Sequence record: PZ386972.1
Length of the DNA stretch: 64,000 nucleotides
Origin: a phage
Direction: 5' to 3' (one strand)
Shown: in pieces, positions 18,669 to 27,424 of the stretch
Numbering within the stretch: the stretch's first letter is position 1
Layout: the number at the start of each line of letters is the position of its first letter
Program-made: the position numbers and the translations under genes
Notes under the pieces: model-generated
The model's input: only the letters and a program-made list of their open reading frames with translations
What the model was told of the DNA's origin: nothing
Databases searched by the model: none

Positions 18669-19307
18669 ATGACTACTCGTATTTCTAAAACTCGTGCTCT
18701 GGCAACCATCAAATCTCTGGAAGCTAAAATCCGTAAAGCTACTGAACAACAGCTCCTGATCGCTGTTGGTGAAGGTAAGGATAAAAATAAGGTTGTAGTT
18801 GGCGCTGCAATCGAAGTAGACGATCTATCTGCTCGTATTAAGGCAGATTTCCAATCTCTCCTAGATATGATGTCCCAGCGTGATCGTATAAAAGCTGCTC
18901 TGATTAAGAGCAATGCGGAAACAGTAGTTGAGATTGGTTCTCGTAAGATGACTGTTGCGGAAGCAATTGAAGCTAAGCGTTCTATGGAACTTAAAGCTCA
19001 ACTGCTGGCTAACATGCGTAAACAGTTCCATGCCGCTACGGTTAAGTTTAATACGCAGAAAGCACAGTTTGATGCTAAATATGAGCGTCTGCAGGATAGC
19101 ATGGCTACCCGCGATAAGAAAACTTCCGAAGATGAAGTTAAAATGCAGCTCAACCTGCTGGAACTCAAGAATACTCCATTCTTGATTGATCCGCTGGAAC
19201 TGGAAAAGCTGATTAAGCAGCATGACGAGGAATATCAGGACTTTGCAACAAATGTTGACTTTGTTCTGTCCGAGTCTAACGCCTCTACCTTCATTGAAGT
19301 AGAGTAA
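18669..19307 (+). CDS. coiled-coil hypothetical protein
   Basis: ORF track; heptad-rich sequence. Confidence 0.45.
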   Translation: MTTRISKTRALATIKSLEAKIRKATEQQLLIAVGEGKDKNKVVVGAAIEVDDLSARIKADFQSLLDMMSQRDRIKAALIKSNAETVVEIGSRKMTVAEAIEAKRSMELKAQLLANMRKQFHAATVKFNTQKAQFDAKYERLQDSMATRDKKTSEDEVKMQLNLLELKNTPFLIDPLELEKLIKQHDEEYQDFATNVDFVLSESNASTFIEVE

Positions 19308-19690
19308 TAATTTAAAAGCTAGTAAATCGGTAGACGAAAGCCCAAGCATCTTACCTCGCAGCAGCGGTTGAAATACGAGGTTAAATAAGACCGCTGACCA
19401 TACTATAAAGTATAATCTATTGGAGATTATGTTTATTACACCAGCCTTTTAAGCTGACACGTAAGAACAAAGCGTCGTTGATATTACCGACACAACTTCA
19501 AAGATCAACATTTAAGTATGAAAGCTGAAAAGTTTAAAGAACTCAAACTTCTAAACTTCTAAAGCTAAAAGATGCAAAGTATTCGTTGATGATTCAAACC
19601 CTAGATCAAAGGTACATGGCTTATAAGATATGGCCTGTGGCGCCTCTAGGCTGTTTATCGGTTTACTAGTTTCACAATTTAAAAATGTAT

Positions 19691-19719
19691 TTGCTAATTT
19701 ACTAAGTTATTTGTATAAT
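19691..19719 (+). promoter_or_regulatory. T5-type early promoter
   Basis: TTGCTA-17-TATAAT. Confidence 0.6.
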
Positions 19720-19749
19720 ATATTTTTAAATTGATGAAACGAGGCTATT

Positions 19750-20067
19750 ATGACTTTTCATATTTTGATTGATGATGTGCGTAATCTTCACGGAATGGAC
19801 ATTATCATTCGAACCCCAGAAGCCGCTGTAGAGTTTCTGAATAAAACTGATACCACAGGCCACTTCGTTTATATGGATAATGACTTGGCTGTAGATGGTA
19901 TGGAAGGTTATCAAATTCTTCGTTTACTATTAGAATTTGGGCAGAGACCAAAGAAAGTGGTACTAGTAACCTCGAACCCAGTAGCTAAGCAAAATATGCG
20001 TAATGATTTGCTTGACTTAGGGTATAAAGAAAATCCCAATCGTGTTGAATATGATTGGCAGGAGTAA
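19750..20067 (+). CDS. hypothetical protein
   Basis: ORF track. Confidence 0.45.
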   Translation: MTFHILIDDVRNLHGMDIIIRTPEAAVEFLNKTDTTGHFVYMDNDLAVDGMEGYQILRLLLEFGQRPKKVVLVTSNPVAKQNMRNDLLDLGYKENPNRVEYDWQE

Positions 20068-20072
20068 AAAGA

Positions 20073-20522
20073 ATGAAGGCAGCTTTGCTTTTAGTAGCTG
20101 CCCTTACCTTCAGCTTTAGTAGTCAGGCATCGCACGATGCAAAAGAAATAGATTGCATTGCTAAAAATATCTATTTCGAGAGTCGTGGTGAGGGCATAAA
20201 GGGAATGACGGCGATAGCACATGTTACTAAAAACCGTGTAAACTCCGGTAAATTCCCAGATTCCTACTGTAAAGTAGTATATCAGTCTAACCAGTTCTCT
20301 TGGGTATCTAAGAGACCAAAAGTTGATAAAACTGATGAGGCTTGGCAAACCGCTAAGAATTTAGCTAGAGTGATATACTACGTTGATTTACCACAAGATC
20401 CTACACATGGAGCACTATACTTCCATAGTGGTAAAGATAAACCTTACTGGACAAAGAAGTTTAAGAAAACAACTAAGATTAAGGGACATACGTTTTATAA
20501 ACCTGTTGTCACTAAAACTTAA
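20073..20522 (+). CDS. secreted SleB-like cell-wall hydrolase
   Basis: Signal peptide MKAALLLVAALTFSFSSQA and NIYFESRGEG...AIAHVTKNRV resembling the SleB/Hydrolase_2 family. Confidence 0.55.
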   Translation: MKAALLLVAALTFSFSSQASHDAKEIDCIAKNIYFESRGEGIKGMTAIAHVTKNRVNSGKFPDSYCKVVYQSNQFSWVSKRPKVDKTDEAWQTAKNLARVIYYVDLPQDPTHGALYFHSGKDKPYWTKKFKKTTKIKGHTFYKPVVTKT

Positions 20523-20530
20523 AAATTTAC

Positions 20531-20559
20531 TTGCTTAAATACTTAAATTTCTGTATAAT
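20531..20559 (+). promoter_or_regulatory. T5-type early promoter
   Basis: TTGCTT-17-TATAAT. Confidence 0.6.
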
Positions 20560-20590
20560 ACTTTCATAAATTAATGAGAGGAAGCGAATT

Positions 20591-20760
20591 ATGAAATCAG
20601 TTGTAATTATTGGTGTTAACACTCGCGGTATTCGTACTACGAAAACTGTTAAAACTTCTAACGTTGCTGAAATCACTACGAACCCTAAAAAGTTTGATTT
20701 CGCCAAAGTCTCAGCAGTTATGACAGAACAATCTTTTAACCAAGCATTGGGGATGAAATA
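20591..20760 (+). CDS. small hypothetical protein (56 aa)
   Basis: ATG 20591 with GAGGAAG RBS; below ORF-track length cutoff. Confidence 0.3.
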
Positions 20761-21195
20761 ATGGGTACGAATATGCTTCGTGTGCTGCGAGAATTAATTG
20801 AAAAAGCTCGCAAACACGGTGATACTGTGTCAGTCAAGCACCTTAGTACGATTTTAGGCGACTTACAACGAATTGATAAAGATTGCGTATCTAGACTAGA
20901 GTTTACTAACTGGGTTAAATCACAGTTCAAAGCAATTGAGAATACAATGACTTCTGCTGCAAAAGCAAATATCGAATATACTCCAGATGCTGAATATCTC
21001 GACTTGTTAGCAGGTCTAGAGCATGAATATGCTCTGGAGCAGTTAACTGAAGTTCAGATTCGTGAGTATTTTGCAGAACTGGTTAAATTAAACCCAGGTA
21101 TTACCAAAGCTCTATTAATGAAAACTATTAAGGCAGAATTTCCTGGACGTTATGATGGTAAAACAACTGCTTTGATTGCTAGTGAATTTTTCTAA
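20761..21195 (+). CDS. hypothetical protein
   Basis: ORF track. Confidence 0.45.
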   Translation: MGTNMLRVLRELIEKARKHGDTVSVKHLSTILGDLQRIDKDCVSRLEFTNWVKSQFKAIENTMTSAAKANIEYTPDAEYLDLLAGLEHEYALEQLTEVQIREYFAELVKLNPGITKALLMKTIKAEFPGRYDGKTTALIASEFF

Positions 21196-21203
21196 AAATT
21201 CAT

Positions 21204-21232
21204 TTGCTAAATACTTATAAATTCTGTATAAT
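21204..21232 (+). promoter_or_regulatory. T5-type early promoter at head of tRNA region
   Basis: AAAAATTCATTTGCTAAA...TATAAT. Confidence 0.6.
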
Positions 21233-21239
21233 ATATTCA

Positions 21240-22029
21240 TAAATTAGGGAACAGCGAGCCGATTACGCTGAGTGCAGAATCCCAACCGGAGCGCATTGAA
21301 TAGAGTCGGTGGGTTAGTTGTAAAACTAGTACACAGGGGGCGGCAATCCCGGTTAGTGGCTAGAACGTGTAAAATGAGGCGTCTGAAACCTCTCCCCTAA
21401 ACTCTTCTCTGATTTATAAATAGTGGGGTGTGGAAATCACTTATGTAGTAACACTGCCGTCCTAGTATAATTGGTATTATCAAGCCGTAACTGGTGGAAG
21501 ATGTAGGTTCGAATCCTACGGTCGGTAAGAACTGGATAACTGATGCTTTTAACGTAAAAGCTTCCTAGGTTAGTTGCGCACTGCCTAAACCACGCGGTAG
21601 TTGGTTCCAGACTAACCAACCAGTCTGCTGAATAGTTTTATTACGATTTAACTATGTCCAGGCTAAAGAAGAACTTTAGAAGGTATTCTAGGATAGTGAA
21701 GTTCTTTCTCCATATCGGAGTAGTTTTTCAAGCTATCCACAAAGTGGGAAATGCTGACATGAGAGATGTCACTAATGGTGCACAATAGCACAGGTAATTC
21801 GCGATAACTCCTGTTGAGTAGCAGCAAAAGGTGGGAAGTCATGACCCCAAGCCTAACCGAGTCCTCAATATACCGCAGGACATAACCACTAAGTCACCCT
21901 GACTTAAACTGGAAAATAATAGACGTTACTGTATTTTGTCTTGAAATACTTAATGAGTGAGACTTATGACTCTCCCGGTATCGTCTGTATTTTTAAGAGT
22001 TTTTACGAGAGTTCTTAAAAATACTTAAA
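21240..22029 (+). ncRNA. about 790 nt structured non-coding transcript region (candidate stable RNAs)
   Basis: No ORF of 60 aa or more on plus strand; multiple hairpins such as AAGAACTT/AAGTTCTT and TTTTTAAGAGT/GAGTTCTTAAAAA; lies between promoter and first tRNA. Confidence 0.3.
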
Positions 22030-22101
22030 CGGGGTGTAGTCTAAGGGAGAGGCAGGAGTCTTCTAAATTCCTTTATGCAGGTTCGAATCCTGTCACCTCG
22101 G
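22030..22101 (+). tRNA. tRNA-Arg (anticodon TCT)
   Basis: Acceptor CGGGGTG/CACCTCG, anticodon loop CTTCTAA, T-arm GCAGG-TTCGAAT-CCTGT, encoded CCA. Confidence 0.7.
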
Positions 22102-22138
22102 CCAATTTTATTAACTGTAACTAAAACAAAGGAAATAT

Positions 22139-23086
22139 ATGTTTAATACTAAAAATATGAAAGAACTGACTTCTGAGCAGAAAGTAATTCGTACTATTAA
22201 ACGTTGGGGTATTGGTGCTGTAGTTGGTTTAGCAGGCTTGATTCTAGCCTTTAATTCATATACTATTGTTTCTGATGGTACGGTTAAAACTCAAACATTC
22301 CTGGGTAAAGTAGATCCTAATCCAGTATTGCCGGGTTTCCATCTTGTAAACCCGTTTGCATCTTTCGATACTTTTAGTACAAAAGATATTGCTGTAAAAT
22401 TAGATAAACTTCAGGTTCCTAGTCAGGATAAGTTTAAATCCACTGTTGACCTGACTGTTATGTTGCAATTTGATGGTTCTAAGGCACCGATTAACCGTAT
22501 TAACGCAGGTACTCAGGATCAGGCACTAGACAAGTATGTAACTGAAAAATTACTGTCTACTATTCGTGAGTTTGGTAAGTCTGTACCTAAAGCACAAGAT
22601 TTGTTTGATGCTAAAATTCAGGCTCAATTGCAAACTGCAATTCAACAGGAAGTTGAAGAGTATGCGCGCCCATATGGTTACACAGTTAAGCAGGTATTCC
22701 TTCAGGATATTACCTTGCCGCCAGTAATCATGGAACAGGTACAGAATACCAAAGTTCGTGAAGAGCAAGTTAATGCTGCGAAAGCTGAACTTGCTCGCGT
22801 TGAACAGGAAGCACAGCAAAAAGTTAAACAAGCAGAAGCAGATCGTGAAGCTCGTAACAACCAAGCTATTGCTAATGAACGTGACGCAGATGCTAAACTG
22901 TACGCAGCTAAGAAAGAAGCTGAAGCTAACGCCGCATTGCAACGTACCATTACTCCTGAAATGATTCGTTGGAAACAACTGGAAGTTGAAATGATCCGTG
23001 CTCAGAAGTATCAAGGTGGTGTACCTCAGACTGTGGTAGGTACTGGCTACGATGGTCAAATGATCATGGATATGCGTAATAAATAA
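22139..23086 (+). CDS. SPFH/band-7 (HflC/prohibitin-like) membrane protein
   Basis: N-terminal TM helix, SPFH-like core, C-terminal Ala/Glu-rich coiled coil. Confidence 0.55.
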   Translation: MFNTKNMKELTSEQKVIRTIKRWGIGAVVGLAGLILAFNSYTIVSDGTVKTQTFLGKVDPNPVLPGFHLVNPFASFDTFSTKDIAVKLDKLQVPSQDKFKSTVDLTVMLQFDGSKAPINRINAGTQDQALDKYVTEKLLSTIREFGKSVPKAQDLFDAKIQAQLQTAIQQEVEEYARPYGYTVKQVFLQDITLPPVIMEQVQNTKVREEQVNAAKAELARVEQEAQQKVKQAEADREARNNQAIANERDADAKLYAAKKEAEANAALQRTITPEMIRWKQLEVEMIRAQKYQGGVPQTVVGTGYDGQMIMDMRNK

Positions 23087-23110
23087 TACCCGCATGTAAC
23101 ATCTGAAGTA

Positions 23111-23146
23111 AGCCCTGCGTTTCCTGGAGAGCGCAGGGCTTTTCTA
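23111..23146 (+). terminator. rho-independent terminator
   Basis: AGCCCTGCG...CGCAGGGCT hairpin followed by TTTTC. Confidence 0.6.
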
Positions 23147-23182
23147 TATAATGTAATTATAAAACTAACTAGGAGATTAAAC

Positions 23183-23701
23183 ATGGGTGTTGATGAATTA
23201 ACACAGCATCTTCTATCTAGAGGATTTGATGCGGATAAATATCATTGCTGGTTAAGTCCGGAAGGATGGCTAACAGTCCCGTTGTATGATTTCTCTGGGA
23301 TGTTGAGGGGCTATCAAACTTATAATCCTTCTGCTCCAAAAGGTCATGGTAAGTGTCCCTTTGAAGCTAAATATTTTACCTATTCTACTACCCAGTGTGT
23401 ATGGGGATTAGAAACTCTCAATGGAGATGAAAAAGTAGTATTGATCGCTGAATCTGTATTTAAGGCAGTTGCGTTACATAATGCTGGTTATCCAGCCCTA
23501 GCAATGTTGGGTTCTTCTCCAGGAAAAGCGTTATTAAAGCAACTGAAATTATTACCTTTTAAATTGGTAGCTGTCGGGGATAACGATCCTGCGGGTGAAA
23601 AATTTGCTAGAAAATTAAACGGCTTTGTTTCTCCTGTAGATGTGGATGAGATGTCTACAGAAAACTTGAAAAATTTTCTTGCTATGAAGCTAAATTTCTA
23701 A
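23183..23701 (+). CDS. Toprim-domain protein
   Basis: Conserved acidic residues LIAESVFKA and VGDNDPAGEKFA resemble the Toprim E and DxD motifs. Confidence 0.4.
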   Translation: MGVDELTQHLLSRGFDADKYHCWLSPEGWLTVPLYDFSGMLRGYQTYNPSAPKGHGKCPFEAKYFTYSTTQCVWGLETLNGDEKVVLIAESVFKAVALHNAGYPALAMLGSSPGKALLKQLKLLPFKLVAVGDNDPAGEKFARKLNGFVSPVDVDEMSTENLKNFLAMKLNF

Positions 23702-23707
23702 TATAAT
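23679..23707 (+). promoter_or_regulatory. T5-type promoter overlapping the 3' end of the upstream CDS
   Basis: TTGCTA-17-TATAAT ending about 15 nt before tRNA-Ser. Confidence 0.5.
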
Positions 23708-23722
23708 ATATCTTATAAATTC

Positions 23723-23808
23723 GGAAGAATAGCATAACGGTATTGCAGCAGATTGCTAATCTGTCGGTTTGAAATATAGCCTTGTGGGTTCGATTCCCAC
23801 TTCTTCCA
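23723..23808 (+). tRNA. tRNA-Ser (anticodon GCT), class II
   Basis: Acceptor GGAAGAA/TTCTTCC, anticodon loop TTGCTAA, long variable arm, T-arm GTGGG-TTCGATT-CCCAC, CCA encoded. Confidence 0.8.
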
Positions 23809-23817
23809 CCAAATTCT

Positions 23818-23892
23818 GGTTCTCAAGCTCATATGGTATGAGCACCCGGCTCATAACCGGAAGGTACGTAGGTTCGAATCCTCGGGGAGCCA
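23818..23892 (+). tRNA. tRNA with CAT anticodon (Met or Ile2)
   Basis: Acceptor GGTTCTC/GGGAGCC with wobbles, D-arm GCTC...GAGC, anticodon loop CTCATAA, TTCGAAT T-loop (imperfect T stem), CCA encoded. Confidence 0.6.
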
Positions 23893-23914
23893 CCAAATTA
23901 AATAAGGACAACTA

Positions 23915-24103
23915 ATGGAATTATTCATAGTTTCTGTTAAATTTGCACAAGATAGAGAACGTTCGGATGAGTTTAAACAAGGGTACAGACTAGTAAAGGC
24001 TACATCTGAACTCCATGCTATGGACAAAGTAGTAGACTATATGTATAATGTAGAAGATGTTTACTACGTCAATGCTTTAGAAGCCTCAAAAGTAATTAAC
24101 TAG
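23915..24103 (+). CDS. hypothetical protein
   Basis: ORF track. Confidence 0.4.
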   Translation: MELFIVSVKFAQDRERSDEFKQGYRLVKATSELHAMDKVVDYMYNVEDVYYVNALEASKVIN

Positions 24104-24112
24104 GGAGACTAT

Positions 24113-24289
24113 ATGTCTAAGTTTCAAGAACTCAAGCAAGAGCTAGAAGAGTGTGCCTGCCCTGAGTGTAGGGGAATTGGTGAAAGTTCTGATGCAGAAG
24201 CAGGAGATACTTTTTGCAATATCTGGGTTTGCCCAAATTGCAGTGGTACAGGTATTAATCCTAACTGCGGTATTTCCCCTAGATATTGA
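24113..24289 (+). CDS. small Cys-rich (zinc-ribbon-like) protein, 58 aa
   Basis: ATG 24113; CxxC...CxxC pairs (CPECRG, CPNCSG); below track cutoff. Confidence 0.35.
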   Translation: MSKFQELKQELEECACPECRGIGESSDAEAGDTFCNIWVCPNCSGTGINPNCGISPRY

Positions 24290-24400
24290 ACGAGGGTAAC
24301 ACCTGTGAAACTAAAAGATTATTATATTGGTTGGTTTGTGGGACTAGTAGTAGGATTTTCACTAGGCTATAATATGTATCAACTAATAAACTGATTACAT

Positions 24401-24474
24401 GGGGGTGTAATCGAATTGGCATAGGTACTGGACTTAAAATTCAGGTTTTGTGGGTTCGAATCCCACCACCCCTA
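24401..24474 (+). tRNA. tRNA with TAA anticodon (Leu by anticodon) but class I architecture
   Basis: Acceptor GGGGGTG/CACCCCT, anticodon stem CTGGA/TTCAG, loop CTTAAAA, 5-nt variable loop, T-arm GTGGG-TTCGAAT-CCCAC, CCA encoded; weak D stem. Confidence 0.5.
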
Positions 24475-24652
24475 CCAACTTAAGGAAATAAGATGTATAG
24501 ACATCCACCTCCGCCAACACGTCGTTCTAGAGAAGTTATCCTCATGGAATTGACGAAAAACTTCAAGGCAACTCTTGAAGATAGAGATCTAGGCACGGAT
24601 GAAGACATTGATTTTATTTGTAGACTATTAAAGATGAAACTGGAGAAACAAC

Positions 24653-24859
24653 ATGGCTAATCCTGAAATTACCGCACAACGTTTCATGCTTAAAGGCATG
24701 ATTGCTGAGGCAGGTATGACCCAAGAGGTTGCAGACTTTCATAAGCAATTTCTTGATATTATAACTCTAGCTAAAGAGACAGGAGAAAGAGAACACGGAG
24801 CAGCAATTATGGCTATATCTCTTATTAGCCTAGACTTAGCTGAAGAATCTGGAGTTTAG
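24653..24859 (+). CDS. hypothetical protein
   Basis: ORF track. Confidence 0.4.
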   Translation: MANPEITAQRFMLKGMIAEAGMTQEVADFHKQFLDIITLAKETGEREHGAAIMAISLISLDLAEESGV

Positions 24860-24889
24860 CTCCTCCAAACAGAATTTTTAAAAATGTAC

Positions 24890-24919
24890 TTGCCTTTTGC
24901 TTTAAATTTCTGGTATAAT
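24890..24919 (+). promoter_or_regulatory. T5-type early promoter
   Basis: TTGCCT-18-TATAAT. Confidence 0.55.
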
Positions 24920-24949
24920 AGTTATATAAATTGATGAAGGAGTTAACGA

Positions 24950-25225
24950 ATGCAAAATCGTGTTATAGCAACTGGTATTGAAAGTGCAATCTGTAAATCC
25001 TGGGAAGGCTGGGAAGGTGAGATTGAATGGCTTTATTTCTACGATGTAGAACTTCTGCCGGAAGTTAAAGCTAAATGTGTTGAAGCTGGCATGGCTCCAG
25101 ATGCAAAAGCTGATATTGATATTTCAATGTCTGAACTTAAAGGTCGTGTAATTACTGTTAGTGATGAGGGCGAAGAAGTTTTCGAACTTCCATTCTCCTT
25201 AACTGTCGCTCCTAAGTTCGACTAA
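24950..25225 (+). CDS. hypothetical acidic protein
   Basis: ORF track. Confidence 0.4.
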   Translation: MQNRVIATGIESAICKSWEGWEGEIEWLYFYDVELLPEVKAKCVEAGMAPDAKADIDISMSELKGRVITVSDEGEEVFELPFSLTVAPKFD

Positions 25226-25261
25226 CTAATACAGCACTGAGCAAGTTCTTTAAAATTTGAC

Positions 25262-25290
25262 TTGCTCAGTGCCATAAAACTTGATATAAT
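25262..25290 (+). promoter_or_regulatory. T5-type promoter; its -35 lies in the 3' arm of a long terminator-like inverted repeat
   Basis: CAGCACTGAGCAAG...CTTGCTCAGTGC inverted repeat at about 25232-25273, then TTGCTC-17-TATAAT. Confidence 0.55.
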
Positions 25291-25353
25291 AGTTATCTAA
25301 TTTGGAAACATATCTAAAAGTGTTTAAACTAGTATTTGAATACTTTTAAATAT

Positions 25354-25438
25354 GGGCGTTTATTCCGTAGATGGTAGCGGAGGGGATTGTAAATCCCTGG
25401 TCATTGCGACTCGAGTGGTTCGACTCCATTAACGCCCA
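25354..25438 (+). tRNA. tRNA-Tyr (anticodon GTA), class II
   Basis: Acceptor GGGCGTT/AACGCCC, anticodon loop TTGTAAA, long variable arm, T-arm GTGG-TTCGACT-CCAT, CCA encoded. Confidence 0.8.
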
Positions 25439-25459
25439 CCAAATTTAAAGGTAAAATAT

Positions 25460-25942
25460 ATGTACACTGATAGAATTGTTCAAGAAGCTGCAAACAGAGG
25501 TCTTATTGATCTGGGATCACCAGTTGATATAACTAAAGAGCTAATAACAGAGAGCCTTACGTTTGGCACAGCTAACTTTGGCCGAGATAGTAACCGTCGG
25601 TATAGCTTGAAACTATCAGCATTATCTTTTATTAAGTACAATAAGAGTATTGGAGAAAAATCAAGTTGTGGTTTTATCTACGCGATAACTAATCCAGCTT
25701 GGACTGATTATGTAAAAATTGGCATGTCTTCTGACCCAAAAACAAGATTAGCCAATTACCAGACATATTCTCCACTACGTGACTATAAGTTAATACATTG
25801 GTCATTTTGGTTTAATGCTAGAGAAGCAGAGAAAATGCTTCATAATAGCTTTCCAAAAAGAATTAATGAATGGGTAGTTTTGGACAGAAGTGTAGATGAA
25901 ACACTTGCTGATTTTAATAAACTATCTAATAAACAATTTTAA
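25460..25942 (+). CDS. T5orf172/GIY-YIG-like domain protein (homing-endonuclease-like) embedded in tRNA cluster
   Basis: GFIYAITNPAWTDYVKIGMSSDPKTRLANYQT matches the GIY-YIG-related T5orf172 signature. Confidence 0.5.
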   Translation: MYTDRIVQEAANRGLIDLGSPVDITKELITESLTFGTANFGRDSNRRYSLKLSALSFIKYNKSIGEKSSCGFIYAITNPAWTDYVKIGMSSDPKTRLANYQTYSPLRDYKLIHWSFWFNAREAEKMLHNSFPKRINEWVVLDRSVDETLADFNKLSNKQF

Positions 25943-25943
25943 T

Positions 25944-26015
25944 GCACCTATCATCTATCGGTTAGGACATCAGGTTTTCAACCTGAGAAGCTTGGTTCGA
26001 TTCCGTGTGGGTGTA
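25944..26015 (+). tRNA. tRNA-Glu (anticodon TTC)
   Basis: Acceptor GCACCTA/TGGGTGT, anticodon stem TCAGG/CCTGA, loop TTTTCAA, TTCGATT T-loop, CCA encoded. Confidence 0.7.
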
Positions 26016-26026
26016 CCAAATTCTGC

Positions 26027-26100
26027 ATTCCTAGAGTGTTACTGGACAGCATGTCGGTCTCCAAAACCGTACGGTCTAGGTTCGAGTCCTAGTAGGTTTG
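26027..26100 (+). tRNA. tRNA-Trp (anticodon CCA)
   Basis: Anticodon loop CTCCAAA, T-arm CTAGG-TTCGAGT-CCTAG, CCA encoded; acceptor stem has two U-U mismatches. Confidence 0.55.
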
Positions 26101-26109
26101 CCAAAATTT

Positions 26110-26181
26110 GCACCTTTAGCTGAGATGGATTAGCGCTTGCCTGAAGAGCTTGAGAGGTTCGTTCGATACGAACAGGGTGCA
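26110..26181 (+). tRNA. tRNA-Phe (anticodon GAA), tentative
   Basis: Acceptor GCACCTT/AGGGTGC, loop CTGAAGA, T-arm GTTCG-TTCGATA-CGAAC, CCA encoded; anticodon stem weak. Confidence 0.5.
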
Positions 26182-26201
26182 CCAAATTGAGGGAGCTGCT
26201 G

Positions 26202-26474
26202 ATGCATCCTGAAAACTTCTTTATTTACTGCGCGGATAAGTTGCTGAAACGTAGAATTAACAAAGTCTATCATTATCGTGCTAGTCAACAGCCTTATGTA
26301 TACGCTTTTGACGGTGATCACATCCCATTAGAACAACTATCTTGTGATTACATGATATTGAAGAACTTTGACGAGACAAAGATCTCAAGCGTTCATAATC
26401 GACAGAATCCCTTAACGTGGAAATATAAGAAGAAAAAGAAAGGCATCAAATTCTTAAAAAATGTAGTTGCTTAG
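26202..26474 (+). CDS. hypothetical protein
   Basis: ORF track (TTG 26187); ATG 26202 with GAGGGAG RBS preferred. Confidence 0.4.
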   Translation: MHPENFFIYCADKLLKRRINKVYHYRASQQPYVYAFDGDHIPLEQLSCDYMILKNFDETKISSVHNRQNPLTWKYKKKKKGIKFLKNVVA

Positions 26475-26495
26475 TTTCCAAAAGTTCTGTATAAT
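26467..26495 (+). promoter_or_regulatory. T5-type early promoter
   Basis: TTGCTT-17-TATAAT. Confidence 0.6.
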
Positions 26496-26523
26496 AATTA
26501 CATAAATTGAACTGGAGAAGCAA

Positions 26524-26811
26524 ATGAAACGATTAGTTAGATTTAAGTGTTGTGGTTCTGAACATATTTTCACACATCTTCGTGAATTTAAAATGTGTGA
26601 TTGTGGTAAATCAGGCTATGACTCAGGAGATGGGTTCTACACCCGTACTCTAGGGAACTTCAATGATCTAGAATTTGAAGATCTCGAAAAACAAGAAAAA
26701 GAATTATGTATCTGTTATGAATGTGGTGATCAAGATTACTACTCTAAAACAGGTAAGAAAGTGTGTAGCAATTGTGGTTCCGATCATGTAGCTACACATT
26801 ATGAAAGATAA
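26524..26811 (+). CDS. zinc-ribbon protein with four CxxC pairs
   Basis: CCGSEH, CDCG, CICYECG, CSNCG motifs. Confidence 0.45.
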   Translation: MKRLVRFKCCGSEHIFTHLREFKMCDCGKSGYDSGDGFYTRTLGNFNDLEFEDLEKQEKELCICYECGDQDYYSKTGKKVCSNCGSDHVATHYER

Positions 26812-26816
26812 TAAAC

Positions 26817-26889
26817 CGACCGTTGGCTGAATGGCTTAGGCGAAGGATTGCAAATCCTTTTTATGTGAGTTCAAATCTCATGCGGTCGT
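26817..26889 (+). tRNA. tRNA-Cys (anticodon GCA)
   Basis: Acceptor CGACCGT/GCGGTCG, anticodon stem AAGGA/TCCTT, loop TTGCAAA, T-arm GTGAG-TTCAAAT-CTCAT, CCA encoded. Confidence 0.75.
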
Positions 26890-26892
26890 CCA

Positions 26893-27044
26893 ATTTGCTG
26901 AAAGAATTGTTAAATCAATTCAGGCACGCGTAGGAACACTGTCTCCGTAATTGAAAGATGAGACACGGTTTGGAGAGGTATGCCGCTACACGCTACGGTG
27001 CTAACTCCGTCTAGGTGAAAATCCTAGTCAGCAATATAAATTTA
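26893..27044 (+). ncRNA. about 150 nt structured spacer between tRNA-Cys and tRNA-Asn (candidate small RNA)
   Basis: Hairpins such as GTCTC...GAGAC; no ORF. Confidence 0.25.
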
Positions 27045-27124
27045 GGGTCGTTAGCCAAGCGGTTTGGCGGTGGACTGTTAATCCATGTCGAAAGACAACG
27101 TAGGTTCGAATCCTACACGGCCCG
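27045..27124 (+). tRNA. tRNA with GTT anticodon (Asn) and unusually long 13-nt variable arm
   Basis: Acceptor GGGTCGT/ACGGCCC, D-arm GCCA...TGGC, anticodon stem GTGGA/TCCAT, loop CTGTTAA, variable GTCGAAAGACAAC, TTCGAAT T-loop, CCA encoded. Confidence 0.65.
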
Positions 27125-27229
27125 CCAAATTCTGTGTAGAGTTAAGTAAACCGGTAGCCAACCAGCTATCATTGCTGACATCGAATTCAGCCACAGATAC
27201 CATTTTCATTAATAACTGAGGAAACAAGC

Positions 27230-27415
27230 ATGTCCAAGAATGTAATTGCACAGTTAGAAGTTCATCGTGATAACACAGCTAATAACATTAAGTGCCGACA
27301 AAAAGATATTGAAGCTCAAAAGGCTGATCTTTTAATGAGTATTCGAGAGCTTAATGTACGAAAAGAGTTTCTTAAAGAACTTAATGCAGCTATTGAAAAA
27401 CTCAAAGCTGAGTAA
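27230..27415 (+). CDS. small coiled-coil protein
   Basis: ORF track. Confidence 0.35.
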   Translation: MSKNVIAQLEVHRDNTANNIKCRQKDIEAQKADLLMSIRELNVRKEFLKELNAAIEKLKAE

Positions 27416-27424
27416 ATGAATTAT

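Noticed and set aside
21455-21528. Candidate tRNA with perfect T-arm GTAGG-TTCGAAT-CCTAC
   Set aside because: No encoded CCA, unlike all confident tRNAs here, and no convincing acceptor or anticodon stem could be folded; left as part of the larger non-coding region.
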